DNA of 64,000 nucleotides from Octopus vulgaris (Eukaryota), in the NCBI GenBank assembly GCA_951406725.2, contig OX597830.1, positions 42,160,001 to 42,224,000 on the forward strand. Reading direction: 5' to 3'. Positions 13,081 to 25,260 of this stretch are shown in pieces. The notes below the pieces were generated by a model, which was not told the DNA's origin, ran no database searches, and was given only the letters and a program-made list of their open reading frames with translations. Position numbers and translations under genes: made by a program. The number at the start of each line of letters is the position of its first letter. Position 1 is the stretch's first letter.

Positions 13081-13969
13081 CTGTGTGTGGTTGTGATGTT
13101 TTGTTTCTTAGATTAAATTCGTTTATCTCTCACTCGACATCCACACCCAACAGATCAATATTTCCTTCTCACACAACACCTTTTATAATCGAGAAATCAC
13201 AACTCGTGAGCAAATCAGAAAATTAAATTAACCAAAGATCAACAACAACAACAACCTTTATTGCATTGCTTCTCTCGTCATCCTTATTTATTTTATAAAT
13301 TTCTTTCGTCCTTTACTTGAAGTTTCTAGATTCGAAACAAACCAAAGTTGAGTGCTACAGCAAATTTTTGGATAAGGGTTATATCATAAACAATAATAAT
13401 ACAAATGAAAGGATGTGATCCCTAAGGGACAATTGTATATCTAAGATGGAAAACAGTCAATAATGAATGCCACATAAAATGATATACATCTGTTTATATT
13501 TGAAGTATTTTAGATGAATTAAGTTACTAAGTTTAATGATAGCTAATGAAGAATACTTCTAGAATAGTTTTAGATATATGTCGCTATTTATTTTTGTTAT
13601 TTACTGTATTCTGTTATATTTGTTTTATTGTTTCTTTACCTTCGTACGTTGAGAAGAAAAGTCAAAATGAAGTTGGAGAAGATGAATAAATAACAAAGTA
13701 GAATTGTGTCCTTGACGATCCGGTTTAAAAGCGAATTGACTGATAATGCCTGGGGTTGATGAACAGGAAAATAAATGTATATATATATAATACACAACCA
13801 GCAATATCTGTCAATTAAAACGAATTTAACTACAAGGACGGAAGGAAGAAAGAACGAGAGAGGGAGAGAAAAATGTCATATTGTACGTAAAGTCCTTCCA
13901 AAGAAATGTTTTGTTTTTGTTTGATTGGTTTTGGTAGCGAAAGTTTGTTCGAATTTTTCTGGGACTTAC

Positions 13970-14084
13970 CTTGGGCGTCCCCTCTGGTAGGACAAGAAAA
14001 CCACTCAGAGTTGGTTAGCGCTGCAGAAAAACTTACACGAGCTACTAAAGCTAAAGTACGAATAAATATGTCGGAGATAAACGG
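13970..14084 (-). other. Candidate 115-nt exon, probably 5'UTR, of an unidentified minus-strand gene
   Basis: Strong acceptor tttctcctttttcttctcgctctttcAG and consensus donor AAG|GTAAGT; one frame open but no ATG and no recognisable protein. Confidence 0.5.
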
Positions 14085-15297
14085 CTGAAAGAGCGAGAAG
14101 AAAAAGGAGAAATAATGGTCAATAAAGCCTGTATTATTATTGTGATGATGATGGTAGTGATGGTGGTGGTGGCGAAGCCGGTTCTCCTGCTGCTTAGTGA
14201 CGATGATAGTTGTGGTGGTGGTGACGGTACTAAAAGTGAAAGAGAGAGTGTAGGGAGATACAGAGAGTGTGTGTATGTATGATAGAGAGAGAGAACCCAC
14301 TACATGCTGCCACAACAGATAAATAACGGATGTAGTGTGTGTCTATCTATCTAAATATTTATTTATATATCACAGAGGTAATATAGTTAAAAGACATAAA
14401 GCTGGCACTGGTAGTTGTGTGTGTGTAGACAATAATTTTAATCTGGATAAAACTACGCACGCGTACATATATACTTAAACATACACAAACACATTTTAAA
14501 CTGCCCATGTAACTTATTTCACGCTTTCGATATGATTGTGTCGATCATAAGGACAAACAAAAAGCAAGGCACGCACAAAGAAAAAACAGGAAAGACTTGT
14601 AAATACGCTGCAGTTTATTCTACTCCATAGTGGATCCCACTCAATATAAAATGTATGGAGAGAAGGGGACATCTTAAAGTAAAGAGTCAAGACCTTTAGT
14701 AGGATCATAGTTGAGAGCTGGGGTTGGAAAGAGCTGACACTAATTGTGGTGGTTGGATGGGGTAGAGATGTTTGTTAGTGTGTTGAGAATGTTGAGTGGT
14801 AGAAGAAAACGATTCCCTTTCTTCGACAAGGAGCCAATTTGATCAGTCAAGCTTAATCAGTTTTGTGGGACGAGGATACGATGACGGCGGACTCTCGGTT
14901 AAAAGGAATAGAATGGCAAGAGGAATATATATATATATTATTGTGATGATATATGTGTATATATATAAAGGAATAGCAAAATTTTAAGCAACTTTTTGAA
15001 TGAAACTCGGGAAACGGAAGAAGGAACCCCTCTTAGCTTCAAATATGAATGACAACTGCAAATTACCCTGCAGACACGTTATTGTTTGCGATATTTTTAA
15101 AAATACAAAACACACAGGGTTTTTGTTGTTGTCCTTTTTTAAGATTTCAAATTGAAACAATGAAAAAGCAGCACCAAAAAACTTTGAGACGTATTAAGTG
15201 CTCCTTACGCTTATTTAGAATAACCCGAAATTTGTGATGGAGAGAGTAAGAAGGGATGTTGTAGTGCATTGTGTTTTTCCAAAATATCTACTCAAAA

Positions 15298-15753
15298 GTT
15301 ACATTTATATATATAATTGGCACAGGGCCTCCTTGATTAATTAGTTGGACGACGGAATAAAGGTATACTCAAACTAAAGACCTGACCCTAATGCTCGCAA
15401 CAGAGTTGATTATTTAAGACAGGGTGACGGATTAAGTACACTACCTAAGTTAGCCACGACAGAATTCGAACACAGAACGCAAAGCGCCAAAGCAAATACC
15501 ACAAAGCAACCAGTTCGACGTTCTTAGTTCCATCAGAGCCCATCCATTGTCCAGGACACCAAGATTATAGTTTTATTATACACCGAAAAAGATGAAACAA
15601 AGTTGACCCCCAACGGGATTTGAACTAAGATCGTTTATGTATATATATATATATATATGAGAGCATTAGGGCCAGATCTTTGGTTTGAGTATACCTTCAT
15701 TCCGCTTTCCTACTTATCTCGGAGGCCCTGTGCCAATTATATATATGTGTAAC
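15298..15753. repeat. Inverted repeat with about 95-bp arms (foldback/MITE-like)
   Basis: 15298-15396 and 15661-15753 are reverse complements, including the perfect tatatataattggcacagggcctcc and the near-perfect cggaataaaggtatactcaaac...ccctaatgctc. Confidence 0.8.
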
Positions 15754-16121
15754 CATCAGAACGCATATAAAATATCATAATGCTTAGAGATCCAATGACA
15801 GCGGTAGCAGTAGCTGATGTGTAAGGGTCATTATTTATTTATTTTAGAAGAGCCCTGTTTTAATCTTGGAAGTGGTGTTGTCGCTGGAAGGCTGAAATAT
15901 AAACGTTTTTCGGGGGGTACCAACCAGAATGGAATTACTCTTTAAACAGGCAGAAAAGGATCTAGGCTGAGTTAGATGACAGAATTAATAAAAGAAAGAG
16001 ACAGTAATAAAATAAGAAAAACAGGAGTAAACGAGTAGGAGAAAGATCGAGTGGTCTTTATATTTTTTTCTTTTCATTTATTGATTTTCCTTTAAGTCTC
16101 ATGTGTGTGTGTGCACACATG

Positions 16122-16157
<36 letters not shown>

Positions 16158-16444
16158 ATAGTTTTCTTTGTATTTTTGGCTTTCGACTTGTTTTGTTTCG
16201 TTTATAAATATGCGCGCGTGTGTTGCTGTTGTTACTGGTGATGAGAAAGAACAGTTATGGTGGCAGTTATTTGAGCATGAAACAAGGGAATTATTAAAGT
16301 GAAAGTGTGTAAAAGTAATAAAACTACATTTTCTATGCATGTATGTGTGTGTAAAAATTATTTTCTATATATGTATGTAATGATGATTTTGTACAATTTT
16401 AAGTTGAGCGCTTGTAGCCACTGCTGCTGCTGCTGCTGGAGGGT

Positions 16445-16454
16445 GTGACGTCAC
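16445..16454. promoter_or_regulatory. Full palindromic CRE/ATF site
   Basis: GTGACGTCAC next to a (GCT)n tract and a long pyrimidine tract inside the repeat-poor island. Confidence 0.4.
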
Positions 16455-17025
16455 CACAGCACATGAACGTTATCTTTTCTCCCTCCCTCACAATCTTTTT
16501 CTCTTTCTGTCTTACTATCTCTCTTCCTTCCTCCCTACTTCTCTTTTACTCTCCCAGCTCTTTCGTTCACTATCTCTTCTTCCTCCCTCACTTTGTCTTC
16601 CTCCTTCCCTCACTATTTTTCTTTCTCTCCTTTACCCACTGTCTTTCTCACTCTCCCTTTCCACAAACCTTCTCTCTTCCATCTCCTCTCACTTTCTCTC
16701 TCTCTCCCTCTCCCTTCTCTATCATACACTTCTATTTTAAACTCCACAAAACTATCAATACATACACGTGCGCATACGCACACATGTATTTGTGTATGTT
16801 TATAATAAATGTGTGTGTACATGTACTTTATCAGTTCAATACAATCAACATTTGCAATGAATGTTTGTGTAAACGATTGTTGAAGCTTTTTAACCCTTCT
16901 GGAAGAGAATTAAAATTTCAACAATTCTCACTGATTTAATGCTACTAGTTTATGCGTGCGTGTGTGTGGACTAATGTTCTGACTAAATCCTTTGTGTGTG
17001 TGCGTGCGCGTCTTGTCGAATGTAG

Positions 17026-17080
17026 TTTTGGCGGGAGCAGAGAAAGCTTCGAATAACAATAAAAGCAAGAAATTGGCGGA
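17026..17080 (+). promoter_or_regulatory. E2F-like sites
   Basis: TTTTGGCGGGA at 17026-17036 and AATTGGCGGA at 17071-17080. Confidence 0.3.
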
Positions 17081-17713
17081 GTAGTTTATACTGTTAATAT
17101 ACTTAGAGATTGACGCCATATCCATCTTTCTGTCTGTCTTTTCATATCCATTTGTCTATATATCATATAAAATCACATACGTGTGTTGTGCGTGTATTTT
17201 ATGTAATATATAGATAGTTATATTATAAAAGAATTGTTTGGATGAGAGGATTGGCAATCTTAATACACAATGTCTTCATTTTAATGCTAAAGAAAGAAAA
17301 AAGCATTTACGATCAGAGAAGAAAGGGGAAAAGGACTCCTGGAGATACGAGATATTGTGAATGTTCGGGTTGAAAAGCTGGAACAATCTCCGTAAGAAAT
17401 GGAAGTGGTTGGAATGACAAAGGGAGACACATATCTAAAAAAATTACAGGGCATACAGTATGGCTAAGGAAAATACCTGAAGGAACATTATGCTAACAAA
17501 AACAAAATACACAGTAAGATTTCTCTTAGGTAATACAACATATTGAGAAAGAGATACACAAGCAATTAGTTAAAACAAAAAAGAACCCTAAGGGATGCTT
17601 TAAGGCAACAAACAAGGGAGGTAATTCCCATAAGCTCAGCTGATTGAAATATTTAAACAATATGATCAATGGAGGTTGGAGTGGATATGCTTCTTAAACC
17701 AGCTGTAAAAAGC

Positions 17714-17752
17714 AACTGATAAGTTTCGGTCTTATTAGACCTCCTTAGCCAA
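17714..17752 (-). ncRNA. Degenerate hammerhead-like motif
   Basis: Minus strand CTAAGGA-ggtc taataa gacc-GAAAC; stem II intact, core G5 mutated, stem I/III not recoverable. Confidence 0.4.
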
Positions 17753-18211
17753 GCATATGTCCAACTGACAGGCTAAGAGTGAGCAATGTATATACCGAAT
17801 TAGAAGGAACATAGAGACACTGATTATAAATGTTAACAATATGGCTGTGGGAATACACTTTGTGTGTGTGTGTGTATGAAAGTGTGTAGCTTGGTGGTTT
17901 TGGGTGTTTTCCTCACGATTGTGGTTTTTATTCCCAGACTAAGTGATGCAGTGTGTTGTTGAACAAGACACTTCATTTCACATTGCCCCAGTCCACTCAG
18001 CTGTAAACAAATTATGCTGCAATGGACTGGTATGGCATTTATGAGGAATGTTGTGATTTCAGTCAATTATACGTCACAGGCCTGCCTGCATAGCCTATGG
18101 AGTTCCATCATTTGAAAGTCACAACAATGCAAGGAAGTGCATTGTGACTAGCAGTGTATAACAACAACCGATAGTCTGGTTGATACAGTGAAATATGTAT
18201 GTATACGTGTG

Positions 18212-18246
<35 letters not shown>

Positions 18247-18254
18247 ACATATGA

Positions 18255-19090
18255 AATATCCAGCATCAAGTGGACTATTGTTGACAGAGTGCCACCATAT
18301 TCATCCAGCACAACTTCTGCAAAAGATTGCATATCCTCCAACAACCTGCAGTATCCATCAACAAGAAATACAATTTATCGTATTGCTGTCATCAGGGGTA
18401 TGCCCTTCTGGAAAATTTCCGGCCTCTGGCTGCCAACAACCTGGATTTACGACCTTAGCACTACTGCTACTCTGCACTAAGGTCACTACTACCAACTAAC
18501 CCCATGAGCAGGACCACCAATTACCAATCCCCAATGTTTACTAACCCCCAATTCATACCAAGCCCCAACACTTATTTTGTGCATGTATACTCATACATGT
18601 GTGTGTGTGCAATGCACAAGTGCACATGCTGGCATGCATGTGTTTATACAAATGTACATATGAATGAATATGCATGTGTGTGTGAGTATGTGCATCTATG
18701 TGTGTTTATGTGCATGTTTGTCCAAAAATGTGTGTGCACACATGCATATGTGCCCATATACAGATGCGCATGCTTGCATCAATACACACATGCATACAAA
18801 ACCCGAGCATGTCTACACACCTGCATATAGAACTATATACTTGCACATGCCACCCCTTCCTACTCCACACCCCACCCAACAACCAATTTCCTTATCGCCA
18901 CGTGGTCTGTTTCCTGTTCACCAGGCAGTATTTTTCAACTAACTGTTACCCATATACCAACATCAAACCATGACACTGCATGACCTTCCTCGACCAATCC
19001 CAGCCCACCTTACAGTAATAATCAACTTCTATCATTCAAATTCAAAATGATGACTAACATCATGCTTGAAACTCAAGAGTACCAACGAAT
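18255..19090 (+). mobile_element. Penelope-like element remnant (GIY-YIG C-terminus plus degenerate HHR)
   Basis: SIKWTIVDRVPPYSS resembles the IxWxIxxxxxPY motif of PLE endonucleases; downstream aTGATGA...GAAACTCaaGAGTA at 19047-19081. Confidence 0.5.
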
Positions 19091-19134
19091 TTGAATCAAA
19101 CTGTTTTGATCTATCTATCTAAATATATTATTCA

Positions 19135-19443
19135 TTTATATTTATGTGCCCTTTTCAAGCCTAGCCAGGCTCATGGACCTGGTTTCTTGGTTTCTATGGT
19201 GTATGTGTTCCCCCCAGCTGGACGGGACACCAGTCCATCGCAGCGTTACTCAAAAAACAGGAAGAGAGAGTGAGAGAAAGTTGGGGCGAAAGAGTATGAC
19301 AGGGTTGCCACCAGCCCCTGCCGGAGCCTCATGGAGCTTTAGGTGTTTTTGCTCAATAAACACACACAACGCCCAGTCTGGGAATCGAAACTGTGATCCT
19401 CTGACTGCGAGGCCAATGCCCTAACCACTGGGCCATTGCACCT

Positions 19444-19445
<2 letters not shown>
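19135..19445 (-). mobile_element. tRNA-derived SINE (V/Meta-domain-like)
   Basis: Minus-strand head gcaatggcccagtggttagggc...gtttcgattcc and core gatggactggtgtcccgtccag. Confidence 0.7.
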
Positions 19446-19474
<29 letters not shown>

Positions 19475-19499
19475 CATATATAAAACTCCAAGAAAGTTA

Positions 19500-19817
19500 G
19501 AGGTTGTGAATCCAACCCACTAAGGGATAATATTTATCCAATATACAGCTTGTAGAATACCCAATTATTAATACACAAGTGTTTTTTATTGCATTGCAAT
19601 TACATTACCTAGTGTACTAAATGGGTAAAGGTAAAGAGATATTTTACCATTAATTTATATAGCAATAATAAAATGGAGGGGATCAATAGGTGGTTCATCA
19701 ACTTTTAGACATTATATTATGTCAACTTATTTAGTAAATAAATAAATAAGTTAACATAATATAATGTCTAAAAGTTGATGAACCACCTATTGATCTCCAT
19801 TTTCTTATTGCTATATA
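19500..19817. mobile_element. Interspersed repeat ending in a long palindrome, copy 1
   Basis: Homologous to 30240-30592; arms about 19656-19732 and 19744-19817. Confidence 0.8.
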
Positions 19818-19829
19818 TATATATATATA

Positions 19830-20000
19830 GTCAATTCAATGAACAAACAATTCAAAAAGAAAAAGGAAAAATAAATGTGAAGACGTGCACAAGAAATATA
19901 TTAATTTAACGCTCAGTGAAAGGAGAGAGTTTAACATTTTGAGCATAGTTCTTCATTGGAAAGGAGACGGAAAAAAGGAGAAGAAGAAATTGTCAACAGC
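19830..20000 (-). mobile_element. Short HHR-bearing repeat related to family A, degenerate
   Basis: Minus strand cttt-CCAATGA-a-gaac tat gctc-AAAATGTT-aaac at 19929-19963. Confidence 0.45.
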
Positions 20001-20578
20001 CCATGTGTAGATACATACACATACACACATAAATGTGTGTGTGTCTGTGTATATGTATATATATAGGAGGAGGAGACCCCCCCGCCCTTTGGTCATGAAT
20101 GACCATAGGATTGCACCTAGAAATTGACCCTCCAAGGCATAAGTCTGGGCAAGGTTGTTTATGGAAGACCAGCAGTCACCCATGCATGCCAGCCTCCCCT
20201 CTCCACACTACTGATGTTATCCAAGCTGTATATACATCTATATGTATATATACGGCTACGCAGGACGCCGGGCGACCTGCGTAGCCGTATTTCGTCTGTC
20301 GTTACGTTCCGAGTTCAAATTCCGCCAAGGTCAACTTTGCCTTTCATCCTTTCGGGGTCGATAAATTAAGTACCAGTTACGCACTGGGGTCGATGTAATC
20401 GACTTAATCCCTTTGTTTGGCCCCTTGTGGGTAGTAAAGAAATATATATATATATATATCAAAATAGTGTTAGAGGTATATTTTGATATATATAAATTAA
20501 TTATTGAGAGTAATTCAATTTAATATTTTTAATTTGAATGTCTCATTCCTGTGGCACTGGAATTGATCTTCCTTAATT

Positions 20579-20609
<31 letters not shown>

Positions 20610-20647
20610 TATATAAATACACACACACACACACACACATATGTATA

Positions 20648-21515
20648 TAGGGTGTGGTGAATAAACTGTCATTTATATTATGTAAAAATGAAAATAATAC
20701 TGACATCTCATCTTAACAGATATATTTACCAAAATTACATAAAAACTTTTTGAAATACTAAAGAGTAAATTGATTCAATGAAGTCACCATTGGTTTCAAC
20801 CATAGCCTCCAAACGACTTCAGAATCTCTTGCAACTTTTCTGGATGGTCTCCTTGTTTAAGTTGGTGAATGCTGCCATAATCCTTGCTCTCAGTTCATCT
20901 TTGGTGTTATAAGGAGTTTTGTTGGTCTCTCGCTCAACTGCACCCCACACGTAATAATCAAGAGGGTTGCAGTCTGAGGAGTTACGTGGCCAGACGTTAG
21001 GGGTGATGTCACAAAAATTGTCTGACAGCCATGACTGGGTTCTTTTGCTTGTGTAGCATGGTGTAGAGTCCTGCCGCTAGACATAGGGTTTTCCAGCAGC
21101 CACCCTCTTGACTCAGGACAGCACTGCTTCCTCCAGACACTTGATGTAGGCCTCTGTGTTGAGTCTGAGGCTGTGTGGGAAGATGAATGGCAGCATAACA
21201 TCGCCATCACTCGTGATCTCCAAACACCATAATGTTGACTGGATGTTTGATTTTTATCACTTTTAGTACATGTCCTCAGGTTGACACCCAAACATTCTGA
21301 AATATTCGTATTGGAACTTCCGGCATGAATGCCAAGCAGTACAGCATATTGTCCCCAAATTTCTGGCAGAGTGAATTGCGTCATGGTACTGTTTTTCTCA
21401 CAGACAGAGCCCAACTGACCCTACTATACTGTGTAGTTAGCAAAATCAAAAACAAACAATGTACATGCATGAAATTAAAAATATAAAATGACAACAATTT
21501 ATTCATTGCACCCTG
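20648..21515 (-). mobile_element. Tc1/mariner-superfamily DNA transposon (DD37D/maT-like), internally deleted pseudogene
   Basis: TIRs (t/c)agggtg..gtgaataaa in TA context; minus-strand frame encodes WPRNSSDCNPLDYYVWGAVERETN...NGDFIE*, matching the WPxNSPDxNPxDY motif. Confidence 0.85.
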
Positions 21516-21610
<95 letters not shown>

Positions 21611-21744
21611 ATGAATGTATATGCATATCTATGCATGTATGTACATGTGGGTAGGTGAGAAATGTATTTGAATGGATACTGGTATGCTTGCACATTTGCA
21701 CTTAGTGATTGTGAAAAGAAACAAGCATGGAAGTACTTCTAAGA

Positions 21745-23270
21745 AAGGTTATTAAATGCATGGGAGAAAGATGGTCTTTCCTCTATGGACCCAACAGAGA
21801 CACAAGCTATCCTAGTTGACAGCAGTATGATAGATAAAGCAATTAAGGATATTTGTTTTTAGTCTTTTATACATTTCAGTCCTAAGATTGTGGCCATGCT
21901 GGAGGACTACCAATGTATGAAGATATAACCATTATAAAGGTAAAGGAGATGCCTCATTTAAAAGTTATTACAGGGGTATCAAATAACCGGGCCAGGTATG
22001 AAACATTATGGAAAGTGTTGCAGACTAATTAATTAAGAAGTGAATTTGTATAGATGACATGAATTTTGGTTTTCTGCCAGAGAGAAGTACAACTGATGCT
22101 ATCTTCTTAGTAAGGCAAAAGTACAACTGTACAAAAGTACAAAAGTACAACTGATGCTATCTTCTTAGTAAGGCAAAAGAAGTACCTAGCATAAAGTAAG
22201 CCATTGACTTGGACAAAGCCAAAAAACAGAGTTCCTCATTTTGGTGGTCTCTGTAGAAGCTACTGGTAGATGAATGGTCTGTGAGAGTCATACAAGTTAT
22301 ATAGGGAGACACTGTCAATAATGTGAGAGATAATACTGAATTTAGAGTACAAGTAAAAGTTCATCAGGGTTTTGTTTTTAGTTGCCTCCTATTCATCATA
22401 GTTCTCCAGATTACAATAGGAAATTAAGACTGATTGACCTTATGAAGCAGAAGCTGTGGTAGAATTAGAAAAGAAATTCAAGGTGTGGCAGAAAAACCTG
22501 GAATCAAAGGGCTTTAAATTTGATATGACAAAAACTAAGGTTCTGGTTAAAGGCAAGTTGCAGGACTTTAAATCCTTTATGAAAATAGTCCTGCTTGATG
22601 TATAGGAAAGGTGTAGGCAAAACTTCCATATGGTGTCCCCAATGCAAGCTGTCAACACACATGTGGTGCAGTTGAATCACAAGAAGTTTAACTGAGAAAG
22701 TAGACAAAAACAAATTGGAAATAAATTTCCTCAAATGCCCAGGGGGTTCTTTAGGAGTAGCAGTTAGTTTCTGTTAACTAGGTGACCTTATTATCAGTGG
22801 AGGATGATGATATGAAAGTATAGTTACTAGAATAAGAACCAGGTGGAGCAAGTTTCAGAGAGTTATTACATATTTTAGTAATAAAAGGTCTCCCCCTTAG
22901 AGTGAAAGGCAGATTATATGATGCATGACTATATGACATGGGCCCCAATTACAGAGAATGTGCAAAGACTGGCAAGGAATGAAGCTAGTGTGCTCTGATG
23001 GACGTGCAACATCATTGCTTACGTACAAGAAAGTGCATGTGTGTTGAGAGAAAAATTGGATATAGTGTGCATTGGTATAGGTAATGTGATGTATATGGAT
23101 GATGTCAGTTGCAAAAAGGAATGCTGATTGCCAAATGTGGATGAAACTTTAATTGGATGAGGGAGACCCAAGGAGACATGAGATGAAAGAGTGAAGGTTG
23201 ATTTCAGGATATTGAACCTCATGGTGGAGATAACAAAGGACTAAGATGACTGGCATTTCCATAAGACCCA
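21745..23270 (+). mobile_element. Highly degraded RTE/BovB LINE (RT region to 3' end)
   Basis: Colinear with 31250-32590 (YRGIK, FGFxP..STTDAIF, WQKNLESKG remnants) with many stops and frameshifts. Confidence 0.85.
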
Positions 23271-23709
23271 TTTATCATATACTTTGTACACGTGCCCACA
23301 CATACACACACACACATACACACACTCATACATGTGCACAATGGTGAAGGGACAAGAGGCCAAGTTATCCTTAACAGGAAGGAACTGAAAGAAATGTCAC
23401 CAAGCATTTTACCGATGTGTAATGATTCTACCTGCTCAACTTTAGACTCTACAAGTGGCAACAACTTGAATAGAGCTGCATGGATACGTTTTTGACCAGG
23501 ATGAAATCTTATTGTAGCCAAACCAACAGGATGCATATGGACAACACATAACAAGATATCCATGCAGTAAAAACATGTTGGATAGAGATTTAAAGAGAAT
23601 ATACTGTGTATTAAGACTGTAATAATAATAAAAAATGTGTAGATGTATAATTTTTTGTTTATATTTTAACGTCCTGTGTGTGTGTACGAGTGTGTATACA
23701 CACACACAC

Positions 23710-24140
23710 AAATGGAAGCAAACAATGTAAGCTTTGTTTGGCAGAGAAAACAAAGATCCTAAAAAACTTGATTGTTCCGAAGACCTTTTTAAACTCCAGG
23801 AAAGAAGTATTTAGTCAATGCTCACACCTAAAATTTTCCTACTACAAGCTTGGAACTCCCTATTTATTGAATAAGCCCACTGCAGCTTCTTCAAATATTA
23901 CCACAGCCATAGACAATGTAATTGGGATAATACCGTCCTGTCTGTAGCATCTCTTGCATGAGCAAATATTTTTTGTTTACAAAACTAATTGCCCATGATA
24001 TATTTCTTCCTCCAGTTATAAAGAAGTTATGTGCCTTTGGCCATTTGAGTCTGACAAATCACTTATATGGCTAAGCACTTTACAGGTGCAAAAACCACTG
24101 GTCAATCTATGATCAGCCATAACAATTATCTTCCTAAAAA
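23710..24140 (+). mobile_element. Penelope-like element 3' remnant (Naiad-type GIY-YIG C-terminus plus degenerate HHR)
   Basis: NGSKQCKLCLAEK...FLNSRKEVFSQCSH fits CxLCxxEK...LNxRxExxxxCxH; 24045-24110 is a decayed homologue of the HHR at 25198. Confidence 0.7.
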
Positions 24141-24627
24141 GAAAATAACTCATGTCAGCATGGGAAACGGACATTAAACGATGATGATGATGATGATATA
24201 TATGTGACAGGTTTCTTTCCCTTTCTGTCTACCAAATCCAACCACAAGGGTTAGGTTGGTCCAAGGCTAAAACAGAAGACATTTGCCCAAGGTGCCATGC
24301 AGTGGGACTATAATGGGAACCATGTGGTTGGGAAGCAAGCTTCTTATCATACAGGCACACCTGCACCTATGTATGAGGGGGTACTGAAAAGTTACTGACT
24401 TTAAGGGTATCACAGAAGGCCTGGTTGGAGATCCAACCTTCCAAGTTCTTTTACAGGGTTTAGAAAAACTGAAGGACTGCTGCAATGAGCATGTGAATCT
24501 GAGAGGGGAATATGTTGAATAAAATCATAATTAACTGATCCTCCTGTACAGTACTATATTTAAGAGATGAGGAATTATGTATATTATTTACATTTGACAG
24601 ATATTTGTCCTCATCTTGTTTGTTGTT

Positions 24628-24673
24628 AACACAACGTTTCAGTTGATATACCCTCCAGCCTTCATCAGGTGTC
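24628..24673 (-). ncRNA. Minimal type I hammerhead ribozyme motif (family C)
   Basis: gacac-CTGATGA-a-ggctg gagggtatat caact-GAAAC GTT-gtgtt: stem I gacac/gtgtt, stem II with one mismatch, loopless palindromic ACGT stem III. Confidence 0.7.
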
Positions 24674-24752
24674 TTGGGCAAATTTTGAATCTGGGTTCTT
24701 ATTCCTAAGGTATTTTTCAATGTTATTACTATTATCATTATTATTGTTGTTG

Positions 24753-24789
<37 letters not shown>

Positions 24790-25011
24790 TCACTGCCTGG
24801 AATTGAACTCGGAATTGTGGAGTTAGTAGCCTGCACTCTTAATCACGATGCCTTATGCCCGTAGTAGTTAAGAGTGCAGGCTACTAACCCCAAAATTCTG
24901 AGTTCAATTCCAAGCACTGACCTGAATAATAATAATAATAATAATAATAACAACAACAACAACATCGAAAAATACTTTAGGAATGAGAACCCAGCTTCGA
25001 AATTTCCTCAA

Positions 25012-25054
25012 GACACCTGATGAAGGCTGGAGGGTATATCAACTGAAACATGTT
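25012..25054 (+). ncRNA. Degenerate inverted copy of the family C hammerhead
   Basis: gacacCTGATGAaggctggagggtatatcaactGAAACatgtt; small deletion over the cleavage triplet. Confidence 0.55.
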
Positions 25055-25197
25055 AACAACAAACAAGATGAGGACAAATGTCGGTCAAATGTAAATAATG
25101 ATCCTCCTGTATTTTCTTTTACCCAAAGCCAGGAACTTTTCAGCACCCTCTCATATATAGAGGCCACTTGGTACAGAGGCCATGTACCAAAAAATTT

Positions 25198-25260
25198 TGG
25201 GGTCTGATGATATGCTGTAAGGCTAAGTGCTTTATAGGCGTGAAACCCAGGGTAATCCCA
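25198..25260 (+). ncRNA. Type I hammerhead ribozyme with intact core (family B)
   Basis: tggggt-CTGATGA-t-[atgctgtaaggc taagt gctttataggcgt]-GAAA-ccc a ggg-TA-atccca; predicted GUA cleavage after 25254. Confidence 0.8.

Larger units (their letters stand above)
24549..25098. mobile_element. Palindromic tRNA-headed, hammerhead-containing element with a 13-bp TSD
   Basis: TSD tgatcctcctgta at 24536-24548 and 25099-25111; arms about 24586-24860 and 24861-25098 are inverted copies, each with a tRNA-like head, (AAT)n, and an HHR motif. Confidence 0.85.
24375..25152 (+). mobile_element. Mariner-derived MITE interrupted by a 550-bp insertion
   Basis: Left TIR gagggggtactgaaaagtt and right TIR aacttttcagcaccctctc; the MITE sequence resumes at 25099 after a duplicated tgatcctcctgta. 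Confidence 0.85.

Noticed and set aside
13830-14315. 161-aa His/Thr-rich ORF
   Set aside because: Built from microsatellite-like tracts, has no ATG start, and runs across apparent splice sites.
14566-14576. aaggcacgc resembling the miR-124 seed region
   Set aside because: Only 9 nt match and there is no precursor hairpin.
24790-24925. Possible tRNA genes
   Set aside because: A- and B-box-like motifs are present but no acceptor stem closes; these are SINE-type heads.
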